From Diadema setosum (taxonomy: Eukaryota), in contig NC_092705.1 in the NCBI RefSeq assembly GCF_964275005.1, positions 620,001-682,000 on the forward strand: a DNA stretch of 62,000 nt, in the 5' to 3' direction. Position 1 is the stretch's first letter; each line of letters begins with the position of its first letter. The position numbers and the translations under genes are program-made. Below, one piece after another: positions 1-11,301 of the stretch. The notes beneath the pieces are model-generated. The model was given only the letters and a program-made list of their open reading frames with translations. It searched no databases and had not been told where the DNA came from.

Positions 1-2299
1 CATTGCCTTTCAAAGTATTGTCTTTTCGCAGGTTGTCTACGATTGATATTGAAAGCCTAAAAACAGATGTTGTTGAAAGTGAACTGTGTAAGCGCATACC
101 AAGTGATGTCAATGAACTGGCTGTATTGTATGATGCTACACTGAGTGACATCATTGATAAGCATGCACCTGTTGTAACAAAGAAAGTTGTTTTGCGTCCC
201 CAAGTACCTTGGTTCACTGACACTGTCAGGGCCGCGAAACGGAAGAAAAGGAAGGCTGAAAAGTGTTGGTTGAAAACTAGGAAAGACATAGATTGGAATA
301 TTTACAAGTCAGAACGTAATTCTATGCTGTATTTGTTAAATGAAGCCCGCCGAAAGTATCACAATGATTTAGTCATGGAAAACAAAGACGACCAAAAACG
401 TTTGTTTCACGTGGTGAAGTCTTTGTTGAACATAGCCAATAAGCAACCTGTAATACCACAGCACATTGACAAACACACCTTTGTGAATGACTTAGGCAAG
501 TTTTTTCATGACAAAGTAATGAAAATTCACGTCGACATTGAGTCAAGATTGAACGTGCTGAGCAAACCATTCACAGATTCTCTTCAAGAGACCTCACACA
601 GTGCACCAATGTTCACAAGCTTTAAGCCACTCTCAGAGCATGATGTTGAAAGACTCATATCTAAGCTCAGTAAAAAGTCGTGTGCATTAGACCCAATGCC
701 TACAAAGATTCTCTTACAATGTGATAGCGCACTGATTCCTGTTTTAACATCCTTAATCAATCTCTCTTTGGCAACTGGTCAATTCCCCTCACAGTGGAAA
801 CATGCTTTAGTTAAACCCATTTTGAAGAAGGCTGGTCTAGATATGGAGTTTTGTAATCTGCGGCCTGTGAGTAACCTGAAGTATGTATCTAAGTTGGTTG
901 AAGGTGCTGCCCATCAGCAAATTGTTGATCACCTTAATGTTAATGCACTCCTGCCTTTTAACCAGTCGGCTTATAGACAATTCCACAGTACTGAAACAAC
1001 ACTGTTAAGAATCAAGAGTGACATATTGATGGCTATGGACAATCAGAAAGTAACTATATTGCTTTTATTAGATCTGAGCAGTGCTTTTGACACCATAGAT
1101 CATTCTCGCTTAGTGAAATCATTGAACACTTGCTTTGGCATTGATGGTGTTGTTCTGAAATGGACCAAGTCATACTTAGCAGATAGATATCAACAGATCG
1201 ATATAGATGGTACTGGTTCAGATTATTTCCCAGTGCCTTCTGGAGTCCCACAGGGGTCTCGGCTGGGCCCTCTGTTCTTTACTTTATACACAAGTAATCT
1301 GATCAAAAATGTGTATGAAAAGTTTCCTGGTGTATCCTGTCACTGCTATGCAGATGACACACAGATGTATTTGTCGTTCACACCTGACGCACTTGCTCAG
1401 CAGCAAAGCATCACTCACATGGAAATATGTGTTAATTATGTACGTGAATGGATGCTGCAAAACAAACTCATGCTGAATGACAGTAAGACTGAACTGTTAT
1501 TGATTGGCACATCCAAGCAAATATCTAAACTTTCTTTTGATGGGATATCAGTTGGAAGCACCGTCATAAAGTCATCTTCCACTGTTAGGAATCTTGGAGT
1601 GTGTTTTGACACACATCTGAACATGGTAGCACACATCACAAATGTGTGTAAATCATCATACCATATGATATATAATCTTAGACGTATCAGGAAATATTTT
1701 GATGAGAACAGTATGAAAACGATCGTTCAAGCATGCATTGTCAGTAAATTGGATTATTGTAACGGGCTATTATATGGACTCCCTGATTCTCAAGTTGGGC
1801 GCCTGCAGCGAGTCCAAAACTCCTGCGCAAGGCTTATCTGTAACAAACCCAGGTTTTCAAGGATTATTCCTCTTCTGAAAGACTTACACTGGCTTCCGAT
1901 TCGTAAACGAATATTGTTCAAGATTTTGTTGATTGTGTATAAGTCACTCATTGGTCAAGCCCCCAGGTATATATCCGAATTATTAATATTCAAATCTCAT
2001 AGACACAGTCACAATTTGCGCAGTTTTAAGGACACTCTCCTTTTACAAATTCCAACATGTAAAACAAAAGTAACACTGGGAGACAGAGCATTTGCCTGTG
2101 CTGCTCCCAAACTCTGGAATGATCTACCATTAGAAGTCCGGAAATCCCCAACCGTAGCAGTTTTTAAATCACGGCTAAAAACACATCTTTTCATTTAATT
2201 GTTTATTATTATTAAGCACATCAGAAGCTTTTGCAGCGCAGAAGAATATATGTCTATAGGTTTTGCGCTTTATAAATTGATATATTATTATTATTATTA
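1..2299 (+). mobile_element. Non-LTR retrotransposon (L2/CR1 group), 5' part outside window, with 3' UTR and (TTA)n tail
   Basis: Uninterrupted ORF 3-2198 with RT motifs (LRPVSNL, LLDLSSAFDTIDH, GVPQGSRLGP, YADDTQ, LHWLPIRKRI). A short 3' UTR ends in GCGCTTTATAAAT...TATTATTATTATTATTA (~2265-2299), an L2-like 3' end. Confidence 0.92.
3..2198 (+). CDS. LINE ORF2 (reverse transcriptase), N-terminally truncated by window edge
   Basis: 731-aa ORF with all non-LTR RT motifs including YADD; no internal stops. Confidence 0.9.
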   Translation: MPFKVLSFRRLSTIDIESLKTDVVESELCKRIPSDVNELAVLYDATLSDIIDKHAPVVTKKVVLRPQVPWFTDTVRAAKRKKRKAEKCWLKTRKDIDWNIYKSERNSMLYLLNEARRKYHNDLVMENKDDQKRLFHVVKSLLNIANKQPVIPQHIDKHTFVNDLGKFFHDKVMKIHVDIESRLNVLSKPFTDSLQETSHSAPMFTSFKPLSEHDVERLISKLSKKSCALDPMPTKILLQCDSALIPVLTSLINLSLATGQFPSQWKHALVKPILKKAGLDMEFCNLRPVSNLKYVSKLVEGAAHQQIVDHLNVNALLPFNQSAYRQFHSTETTLLRIKSDILMAMDNQKVTILLLLDLSSAFDTIDHSRLVKSLNTCFGIDGVVLKWTKSYLADRYQQIDIDGTGSDYFPVPSGVPQGSRLGPLFFTLYTSNLIKNVYEKFPGVSCHCYADDTQMYLSFTPDALAQQQSITHMEICVNYVREWMLQNKLMLNDSKTELLLIGTSKQISKLSFDGISVGSTVIKSSSTVRNLGVCFDTHLNMVAHITNVCKSSYHMIYNLRRIRKYFDENSMKTIVQACIVSKLDYCNGLLYGLPDSQVGRLQRVQNSCARLICNKPRFSRIIPLLKDLHWLPIRKRILFKILLIVYKSLIGQAPRYISELLIFKSHRHSHNLRSFKDTLLLQIPTCKTKVTLGDRAFACAAPKLWNDLPLEVRKSPTVAVFKSRLKTHLFI

Positions 2300-2750
2300 A
2301 ACCAACAAACTGAGGACTTGAAAAAATACTCTAAATTAGTACGCGCGAGTGAGCCGAAATTTGTATATTTCCGCGTCATTATCACGTTTTGTTCTTATAT
2401 TTTTTTTTTTGATAAATTTTTGCGGGTGAGCGCAGAGAGCGAGCCGAAAATTTGTGTATTTCAGCTTACAAAACATGGAATTCTTGTGTGAACACAACCA
2501 CAATAAACATTGTCATTTTGTCCGCGTCATCATCATGTTTTGTTTTTATCTTGTTTGATTTGGTTTTCTGCCCCCCCCCCCCCCCCCTTCTCCCTCCCCC
2601 GTCCGGGCGAGGGTTTTCTTCTTCTTCTTCTTCTTCTTCTTTTTTTTTTTCGTTTTTTTTTCTTCTTCTTCGTTTTTTTTTTCGGTTTTTTTTTTTTCGT
2701 TTTTGACGTGCCCCCCCCCCTTGCCCCCCCCCCCCCCCGATACGCCACTG
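2300..2750. repeat. Partial non-autonomous DNA-transposon-like repeat with low-complexity C/T tracts
   Basis: GCGAGCCGAAAATTT-type motifs and poly-C/poly-T runs. It ends in GATACGCCACTG (reverse complement CAGTGGCGTATC), resembling the termini at 9769 and 11302/14098. Confidence 0.5.
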
Positions 2751-3348
2751 TGGTCTACTAAACACATATATTACATATTATATCCCTCATGTAAAGTTTC
2801 TTGTGATCTGATTGTGCAGCAGAGCACGAAAAGGGTGTAGTTTTACAAGCTATCTACGAGCAGCTGGATGCGGTGCAAAAGCTTAGTTATCTAGCGTGAT
2901 ATAGTACATTAATGGGAATCCACGATCTGCACGCAATCGTCATTGCGTGATCGATATAAATTTCTCACATTAGAATGTCGCGAAGTAGATAGCGACACTA
3001 GCTAGCGACAGCGGATAGCTAGCGCGGTGCCGATGGCATTATTCAGAAAACTGTGGTGCTGTAGCGTGTGTGTGTTTGTGATCAATGCAGTTCAGCTCAA
3101 TTGACAAAGTGACTGCTTCGCGTAACGGACACCACTGACGGAGGAATTTCGTAAATTGCAGCAGAATTACAACATATCAGGTACGGTTTAGGAATTATTT
3201 CAACAAACTAAAACAGATTTTGAAGATGATCTCGATGACGAAGCCGCTTTAGGCCCACTTTTAGTCACATTATTTTGATGATGTAACGTTTGCAAATCAC
3301 TTATGCCTTTATAATAATTAGGTTTTATTTCCTGGTTCTTTTTTAAAG

Positions 3349-3897
3349 GGATAAGGTTGCATCAGGCATTACTCGTGAGGAGACAATCCAGATATTTCTA
3401 CCTGGAATACCGCCAGAGAAATGGAAGATCCTCTCCTCTGCAAATGACGTGGCTAAGAGCAATCAAACTCGATCTATGCCGCTGGTGGACTCCTGCTCCC
3501 TCGTCGGAAATAGCGGCGTTCTGCTAGAAAGCAACTGTGGCTACGTCATCGACAAGGGGGATCTAGTCGTACGGATGAACCTCGCGCCTGCGGGCGGGGA
3601 ATATTCACGTGACGTTGGATCGAAGACGAATCTAACTACGATCAACTTCGAGCTGAGTAAAACGATGTCGTCGTGCGCCAAGGCAGAGTACACCAACAAG
3701 TCACTTGAAGACATACCGGACAAATGCCAACGTTTGATGAAACTCATGCTTCGTCTTAATAACACTGTCATTTGGTATTTCAAGGGCCATTCGGTGGTAA
3801 GCCTCATCAAGAAGGGACTGGATTTTTACAAGAAGTATTATAACCTGCAGGTTGTATTTGCTTACAGTCCTGCAGGTTTATTACCAACAACACAAAG
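3349..3897 (+). CDS. Alpha-2,8-sialyltransferase-like (GT29, ST8Sia family), exon containing sialylmotif L
   Basis: Acceptor ttttttaaAG at 3347-3348 and donor AG|GTATGT at 3898. It encodes CSLVGNSGVLLESNCGYVIDKGDLVVRMNLAP...DVGSKTNLTTIN (sialylmotif L with the ST8Sia-type second Cys). The phase-2 end matches the next exon. Confidence 0.85.
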
Positions 3898-4350
3898 GTA
3901 TGTTTCCTTTGTTCATTATGTACTGTTCACTTTGTACGTGTATTTGGATATTCCGTTCTGGCCTAATTTTGACATTTATGGCTGTGAGTAAACTCTACAA
4001 GGCAATGAATTAGATGATTTGGGAGGTGCCGTAAAATTTTAAGTGAAATGCTTTATTGGGCCTACTTCAGATCCAATGACTCTCATGAGAATGAAAAATT
4101 ACATTTTGCAAAGATGAATGTAACGGTATTCTGTAGCTGTAAAAGTGAAATTATAAATCATAATAACTGAAGCACAATTTTGGAAAGGCACAAAAGTTCC
4201 CCTTATACGGTTGCGACGAAAGTTTTTTTCTTAGTTGTTCGTTTGTTATTAGAGTATAGTTTTTGAATATTGATGAACACGGAGAAGTTGTATGCAGAGA
4301 TATGATGAAATAACGGGATTTACCGAAATAACTGGTAAAACAAACTCTTT

Positions 4351-6797
4351 TTGATTGATTGATTGATTGATCAGGTTTATTGCCATCCAAAAAACATACA
4401 GACGGGTGAAAAGTCCGAAGACTTATAATTCCCGTTTACAAAACAAATTATACACAAATACGTGAAGATACCTTTTACAATATACAATGCAAAGAATATT
4501 ATTATCACAAAACTAAGATTGAAATGGGAAACAATCGTTACCAAAAATCTACGAACAAATAAAACAGGCACCCCAACAACCTCATACATTGTAGATTGCA
4601 CTGTATAATACTCTTTGTACACATATACAGTTGTATCTCCATCTATTTTTCCTTAGTTTATATTTCATATCAAAAACAGCCTCTCCTTTTAATCACATCC
4701 AAGGGGAGTGGATAATGTTCAGCGAATTTCAAATAACACAGATTAATCTACAGGTTTGTATCTATCAAAAATATTTCAGCTTACACAAAATTTACGTTAC
4801 CAGGCCCTTATACTCATCAATAAATACTTTACATTTTAATAAAATAAGGTAATAACCCTACTGATCGTTGAGACCACATACACACACACACACACACATT
4901 CACTCACTCACTCTTAAAACAGACACACCTTAAGATTATCAAAACAAGCATTCCAAAATAGCCACACACGCATTGCAAATTACACATCCTGAGCTATTGA
5001 ACAATGAAAAAAAAAACAAAAAAAAAAACATACTCATTGCATTCAAAAACAAAAGTACACAAACAGCACATTATACATTAAATCAAAATCAACAACTTTA
5101 CCAATATTCAAACCTACCCAGCACTATATATTTAAAGTGAGTAAATTATCATCAATCAAAGCTGTGAAGTACATGTACATTGGAAACACACAATATAACA
5201 TGTAAATTATCATTCACATTCACATTATACCTTTGAGATTCTCCAAATTCCCCAAATTTCTTACTTACATCTTTGGGTTTTATACCTGCTGAGTGAAATT
5301 AAAATTCGAATCCCAAAACTGTGGATGATAATTACAAATACAATAACAAAAACATGTATACACTGCCCAACAAATAAAGATCATTGACCAGTATGGCCTT
5401 CAACAGCCGAAATTCACCAAAATTAACAAATCACATTTAACCGGAATCTCTAAGTGATACACTGGTCCTGTTATAAGAACCTGGTGGCCGTACCTGCAAA
5501 CCATAGAACGTCACATGTACAGCTGTATGACAAAAATCAACGCCCATCAGACAATATAAATATAGACCACAGTAGCAGGAACAAGAATGCAAAGCGAAGT
5601 GAGATGAAAACGGGCAATATCTAAAAATTCAACTATTCAATAATCGAATGAAATATGGAATGGGAGATTGTCTGTATCGTTCTGTTCTCGTCCGAGGAAT
5701 GGCAAGTTGTGAGGCATTACGAAGATGACGTCCGGCAGCGGATTCTCTTCTCTCAGGCAGAAAATGACGATGTTTGGAGTTCAGCAATGACCTTGCAAAG
5801 TTTATAGCTAGCTCAAGCCGTCTCTCCTCAAGCAAAGGGATGCCTACAATCTGTAGAAATTCACTGTAAGGTCTCAAATTTGGGTAGAAAATAATTCTCA
5901 AAGCCCTCCTCTGCACGCGTTCAATGCTGATAGACTGCGCATTGGTGATGCCGGATGTCCAAACAGGGGCAGCAAACTCAAGGGTCGGCCGAATGTAGAG
6001 CTGATAGACGGTAACCAAATCATCAGTACTTACGCCATTTCTTTTGAGTTTGGTGAGAATGAACAGTCTCCTGGAAGCATTTGAAATCATACGCTCCACT
6101 TGTTGATCCCACTTTAAATCATCTTGGAGAAGGACCCCCAGTAACTTAACCGACGAAACGCTTTCAAGCCTTGATGAGTTGATTACCAGATGAAGAGGTT
6201 GTGGCTCCGTCCGCAGGAATGATATCTGCATTGATTTACATTTGGAGGCATTGGGAAGTACATCATTGTCATGACACCATGTAACCAGTGAATTAACATG
6301 AGCTTGCATTTCAGATGACTGTGTCCTCTTTACTACTTCGACCAGAGTCAAATCATCAACATATTTCCATCTTTCTGGTGTATTAGAAGCAGCATCATTA
6401 ACCAATGCCAAAAAGAGGATTGGACCAAGTCGTGTGCCTTGGGGGACCCCACAAGTAATGGCCTTCTGCTGTGAAGTTTTGCCCTTGTAACGAACAGTTT
6501 GTGATCTGTTGAAGAGAAAGCTGCCGATCGTTGGGATTATAGAACGGTCAACCTCCAAGTCAATCAATTTCTGGATCACAATCGTATGATTGACGTGGTC
6601 GAAAGCCTTGCTAAAATCAATTGCACACATGTTGACGTATGTTCCAGACTTGTCAATTCCGCTGTGGATGGTGTCCAGGAGACTGACAAGGTAGTGCATG
6701 ATGGAAGTACCGCGTAAATTGCCAAACTGTCTGGGATCAATTCTATCACTGATGTCTCTGATTATCCATTCGGCAAGAAAACCTTCAAATATTCTTT
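4351..6797 (-). mobile_element. 5'-truncated LINE (CR1/L2 group) inserted antisense in the sialyltransferase intron
   Basis: The minus-strand RT ORF 5629-6699 (IDFSKAFD, GVPQGTRLGP, KYVDDLT) extends in frame to ~6797 (RIFEGFLAEW...QFG). A ~1.3-kb 3' UTR ends in AATAAA followed by an (ATCA)n tail at 4351-4372, with a stem-loop at ~4402-4435. Confidence 0.85.
5629..6797 (-). CDS. LINE reverse transcriptase fragment (C-terminal half of ORF2)
   Basis: 356-aa ORF plus upstream in-frame extension, with RT motifs including YVDD. Confidence 0.85.
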
Positions 6798-6907
6798 GGT
6801 TCCAGTGAATATAATTAGCGCCTCACTTGTTTTGCTGTTTTGCTTTGCTTTGCTTTGCTTTGCTTTGCTTTGCTTTGGGTTTTTTTTTACCAATAGAACA
6901 AAATATC

Positions 6908-7594
6908 GGGTGCACGTCACGAGACCAACACCCACGAGTTATGCAACTCACGAGTCATACAGCCCATTAGTTCGACACTATGCTAACAAGGCCCACGAGA
7001 GTGATGAGACCGACACATTAAAGGGGTGGTACAGTATTGGTGGAGATGAGAAATTGGCTTTTAACTTTTTGCGAGATACCAATGAAACACTTATGAAATA
7101 GTCCAGAGCATACCATTTCAAGAGGAATTCAAAGTTTATTTGATGAAAATCGGGTTTGGAATTACTGAAACATCCAAAACCAAAGAAAAACAAAGCGATT
7201 GCAATAAAAGGTGCGTCCAACACTGTCTTTATTAGAATCGCTCTGTTCTGGATATCTCAGCCATTTCAAAACCAATTTTCATCAAATAAACGCTGGATTC
7301 CTCATGAAATTACATGCTCTTTTATATTTCGTAAGAGATTTCTCATTATCTCAACAAAAATGTTAGAAACATGAAATTAGATCTCAAACAAAATTATACA
7401 ATCCCTTTAAGCCCCGCGTTATATCTGTCGAACTCGTGGGCTGTTTTTACCTAGTGTAGAACTCATGGGCTTCATTTGCCTAGTGTCGAACTCATGGGCT
7501 GTATGACTCGTGAGCTGTATGACTCATGGACCTGTTTTCAATGTCGACCTCGTGAGCTATATGACTCGTTGGTGTCGGTCTAGTGGGATAACCC
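6908..7594. mobile_element. Non-autonomous TIR element (MULE-like) with repetitive subterminal motifs
   Basis: GGGT...ACCC ends. Inverted GAGTCATACAGCCC / GGGCTGTATGACTC and TTCGACACTA / TAGTGTCGAA motifs. Flanks caaaatatc / ccaaatatc form an 8/9-bp TSD. Confidence 0.6.
7022..7406. mobile_element. TTAA-flanked MITE (Kolobok-like AGGG...CCCT ends), nested in the previous element
   Basis: TTAA at 7018-7021 and 7407-7410; a second, inverted copy lies at 47575-47958. Confidence 0.75.
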
Positions 7595-7704
7595 CCAAAT
7601 ATCTTACCTGATGTTGTAAGGGCATTCGCAACAGTATACTACTAATGATAATAATATGACTAAGTTACTAGTACTACTTTTCTATCACGTCTCTTCATTA
7701 TTAG

Positions 7705-7993
7705 ATGGTTGAGATCAGGAGTTGCAACGACTGGTGCGGCAATATATCTCGCAGCTTCCAAATTTTGCAGACGCATCACGTTGTTCGGATTCTATCCTCG
7801 CTACGTCGACCCCAAAAACCGAACCCTTCGCTATCACTATTACGACGACACGCCCAAGAACTACTCGAAGAGTCCTCACTCTTTCAGCAAAGAGTTCAAT
7901 GTGTGGCAGTCCCTAGAAAATGACGGTTACTTGCGGATCATCAACGACTGTGCGGGAAGGTGGGACAGGCATGACTACCGCAGCCAGCTATAG
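7705..7993 (+). CDS. Alpha-2,8-sialyltransferase-like, last coding exon (sialylmotifs S, III, VS)
   Basis: Acceptor ttattAG at 7703-7704; AG|A joins in frame (R-W-L-R). It encodes ATTGAAIYLAASKFCRRITLFGFYP (S), HYYD (III), HSFSKE (VS) and a C-terminal Cys (LRIINDC); stop TAG at 7991-7993. Confidence 0.87.
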
Positions 7994-8010
7994 ACATATG
8001 ACTTTACAAA

Positions 8011-8094
8011 GCGTGTATGTGTGTGTGTATGTGTGTGTGTATGTGTGTGTGTATGTGTGTGTGTATGTGTGTGTGTGTGCTACACACACACACA

Positions 8095-8134
<40 letters not shown>

Positions 8135-8145
8135 CATACATACGC
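8011..8145. repeat. Inverted microsatellite pair (TG/TA)n followed by (CA/TA)n
   Basis: GCGTGTATGTGTGTG (8011-8025) is the exact reverse complement of CACACACATACACGC (8121-8135). Confidence 0.9.
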
Positions 8146-8366
8146 ATGATTATCAGGTGTGTCCATTATTAAAAGATAAGGAATACATTATGTGTACTAG
8201 AATATATTCGTACTTTATGTCTGTTCCTTCAAAAAATATGCGTTGAATCAGAATTTACTGTATGAATTGATTGAAGTAAAATTAACTGAATATCACATGC
8301 AAGTTTCACATTCGTGGTCAGCATTCATTTCACCATTTATTTTTCATCTTGCCATCAATTGTCATA

Positions 8367-8808
8367 CACTTTGACCTCGATTATCCGGCCTCCTTTTATC
8401 CGGAAATCTCTATTATCCGGAAGCGTTCATGCAGTGAAGGACTTTTTTCTTTCATCCAAAAATTGAGAAAAAACCGTGACTTTAACATCTTTTCATGGAT
8501 CTATTTCACTAATTTCATAAGACGTGCATGATAGGTTTCTCAATATCTGATGAGGTAAAACATGTATGATTTTCACATAAAGATAACTTTATTTTTGTGA
8601 AGAAGGGACTACAATTTTGCGCAGGCTAGCATAGATTACACCTCCGTTGCGGGGTACGCTACCTGCCTAGCTGTATATAGCTGCCAGTGTACTGAGACGG
8701 CAGCTTGGACGGCAGCTATACATTAACATTGTGTTTCCAATATCCGTCCAATTCTCTTATCCGGATGACCGCCGGTCACGACATGGCCGGATAATTGAGG
8801 TCGAACTG
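8367..8808. mobile_element. TA-flanked Tc1/mariner-pogo-like MITE
   Basis: TA|CACTTTGACCTCGATTATCCGGCC ... GGCCGGATAATTGAGGTCGAACTG|TA, imperfect TIRs. Confidence 0.7.
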
Positions 8809-9089
8809 TATCTGCATTTCATTGCCTATCTTTCATTGGAAAATTATTAGATGAAACTAGTCATATACACTAAGTCTGCCTAAAATCACATACACAATTA
8901 CAACATGATTTGTCTGGTAACATTAAATTATGGTAACAATAAATTCCACAAATCTATACATGGAGCTGTTGATTTATGTACTATATGATATAAAATTATG
9001 AAAACCGTCTGGAATGTCCTCTTAATGCCGGAAAGAAAATATAGAAGGTGGTAAAAGTATTATTTCAATGGAATCATTCTGAATGTATT

Positions 9090-9410
9090 TATGAGTTTAT
9101 TTTTGATTGTGTTTCTGTTCATAGCATTCGTAATTCTCTCATAAATCTTGGTAAAGGTAGCAACCTTGATATTTTGAATTTTGATTCTAAGTTATTATGT
9201 TTAGCTGCTCCTGTTATTTCTGAAAGACTTAATATAATACATCGTCATGTAATAAGAATTTGACTGATGGAATTATTCCCACTGATTTGAAAAGGGCTAA
9301 AACGACACCAAAATATAAGGGTAATGGAGGTAAAAATGATCCTTCAAATTATAAACAAATTTCTGTCGCTTGTCATTTGTCAAAATTTTTTGAAAAGAAT
9401 GTAACATTGC
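9090..9410 (+). pseudogene. Degenerate LINE ORF2 fragment
   Basis: Frameshifted peptides LLCLAAPVISERL and IPTDLKRAKTTPKYKG..DPSNYKQISV..LSKFFEK resemble the region N-terminal to LINE RT domain 1. Confidence 0.65.
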
Positions 9411-9768
9411 AAAAGTGCAGCAATAAAGTTGTCCCAGTATATCTGACCCTGCAGATGCACCCTCCTGATAAGTGAACCCCCCCCCCCCCATCATCAAGAG
9501 TGGAGCAGTCTGCAAGTGGCTACATTTGCATATTTAATCCCAAGCCAGCAAAGAGCTGCTATAGAGAGTTATTTGTGGATGCACAAAGACCCCAATGATT
9601 TGCCATTGTTCCAGCTGCTCTTCCAAGGTGAACATCTCCCACTGAGCATCTCCTCAAATCTGAAATTTGCCCAGAAAATCTGCAAAGCTCATATCTGGAG
9701 TCTAGTACAACTTACAGACACAGTTGCACTGGATGGCGTATACATGCACTTGAAAACACTTCCGTGTG

Positions 9769-9968
9769 CAGTGGCGGATCCAGAGGGGGCGCACGCCCAC
9801 TGTTTATATTTTTGTTTGAAAAAAATTGAATTAATAATAAAAAGTAATGAAAAATAAAAAAAAATGAAAAATAAATACAAATGGGGTGGGGGAAGCCCCC
9901 CCCCCCCCCCACCCCTTTAATTTTTATAAAGGCGTCTCCCCATTACGGAATTCTGGAATCCGTCCCTG
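9769..9968. mobile_element. Short MITE with CAG...CTG termini
   Basis: CAGTGGCGGATCCAGA ... TCTGGAATCCGTCCCTG imperfect TIRs. Confidence 0.55.
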
Positions 9969-11071
9969 ATGTGGATAGACTGGAATGAATAAAGTTTATG
10001 TTCTCCTATGACAGTGTTTGTTGTTGACATTACGAACGTCCGTTATGTAGTGGAAAGTTGAGTGTTTTTGTGTTTTTTTTTTTCACGTAGGTGAACTTTC
10101 TTTAAATTTCTTGAATTGTCCACACGGATCACCGTAAGAGAGATTCTAGTTTATAAACGAATGATCGGATTACTGTATGAATGCAGCAATATTTCTCGTT
10201 GAATTGACATCTAAGTTGTTTCACGTGCGATTAAAACTATTCCACTACACTATACAAAGTGAATGTATTTCGACGTTTCATATCTCGAAACTATGATTTG
10301 TTTGAAAGACTTGACACGTACTGTGAGCGTTGTGCAAGGAGCCTGATTGGATTAAAAAGAAAGATGTTCTATAAGCACTAGAAATCGGTATAAAGAAAGC
10401 ACTAATAAAGCGATGAAAGACAAGGGACAGTCTGAGCGGAAAGGAGAGAACAAGGCATTTTCTTTTGCTGTAGAATTAATTTCTAGCTGAACTATTATGA
10501 GAGCATGGTTGAGAGGAAAGGTGGAAATTTGGTTATTGTCTTGCCATTCAATTTTTCCAAGCCGAACTGATATGAAAGAGGACGAAATAGTGAAAAGGTG
10601 AAAAATATTGGTATTCATTTGCTGTGAAATGATTAGGAGCAGAACTTTAGCTTAGAAGTTAATTCCAGATGGAACTAAGAATTGTAATGAAAGGGTATAT
10701 TTTTCTCCAAAATTAATTCCGAGCGGAACTAGTGACGAAAGCGGACATCAGAATGAGCGTCTAAAGTTTGGATCGTGCTGATAATTTTATGTCTGTATCC
10801 CAGCCGATATTTAAACAAATCCAACAAAGTTAATGTGCTCCTGCATTTGTCAGACGGAATCGTTCAACGGTTAAGTGGGATTATTAATAGAACCACGGCT
10901 TAAATGACTTTATGATTTTCAAATTATTGGTTCGTTTATCCCCGGCATCCTTAGAAGAAAACAGCAGTTCAAAAAGAAGAGACGACGCAGAAGAGTAAAT
11001 TGCTGTGGTGATTTGATGAAATGACTCCAATTTGTTGTCGGTTGAAAAAGGTTGGATCAGGGATGTGGGCT

Positions 11072-11111
<40 letters not shown>

Positions 11112-11301
11112 CATAAGACAAACTGACGGTCGAGCAGTCGGTTGATCGTTGGCTTTCATCAGAGTGATCTAGTTCCAGCAGGCTGCCTTTCGGTTCTTAG
11201 ATGGCAACCTGCTTTCAACGTCATCTGGCTCCGACTCTAATATAACATACAAAATGGTCGCTGCGATTATCGAGTAACCATTGAATTGGTGCAATATGTA
11301 A

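Noticed and set aside
2452..2767. Lys/Arg/Gly/Phe-rich ORFs
   Set aside because: Translations of poly-C/T low-complexity tracts, open in nearly all frames.
10352..11159. Hydrophobic minus-strand ORFs, considered as a NUMT or gene exon
   Set aside because: No recognisable motifs, stops in the plus frames, and no convincing splice context.
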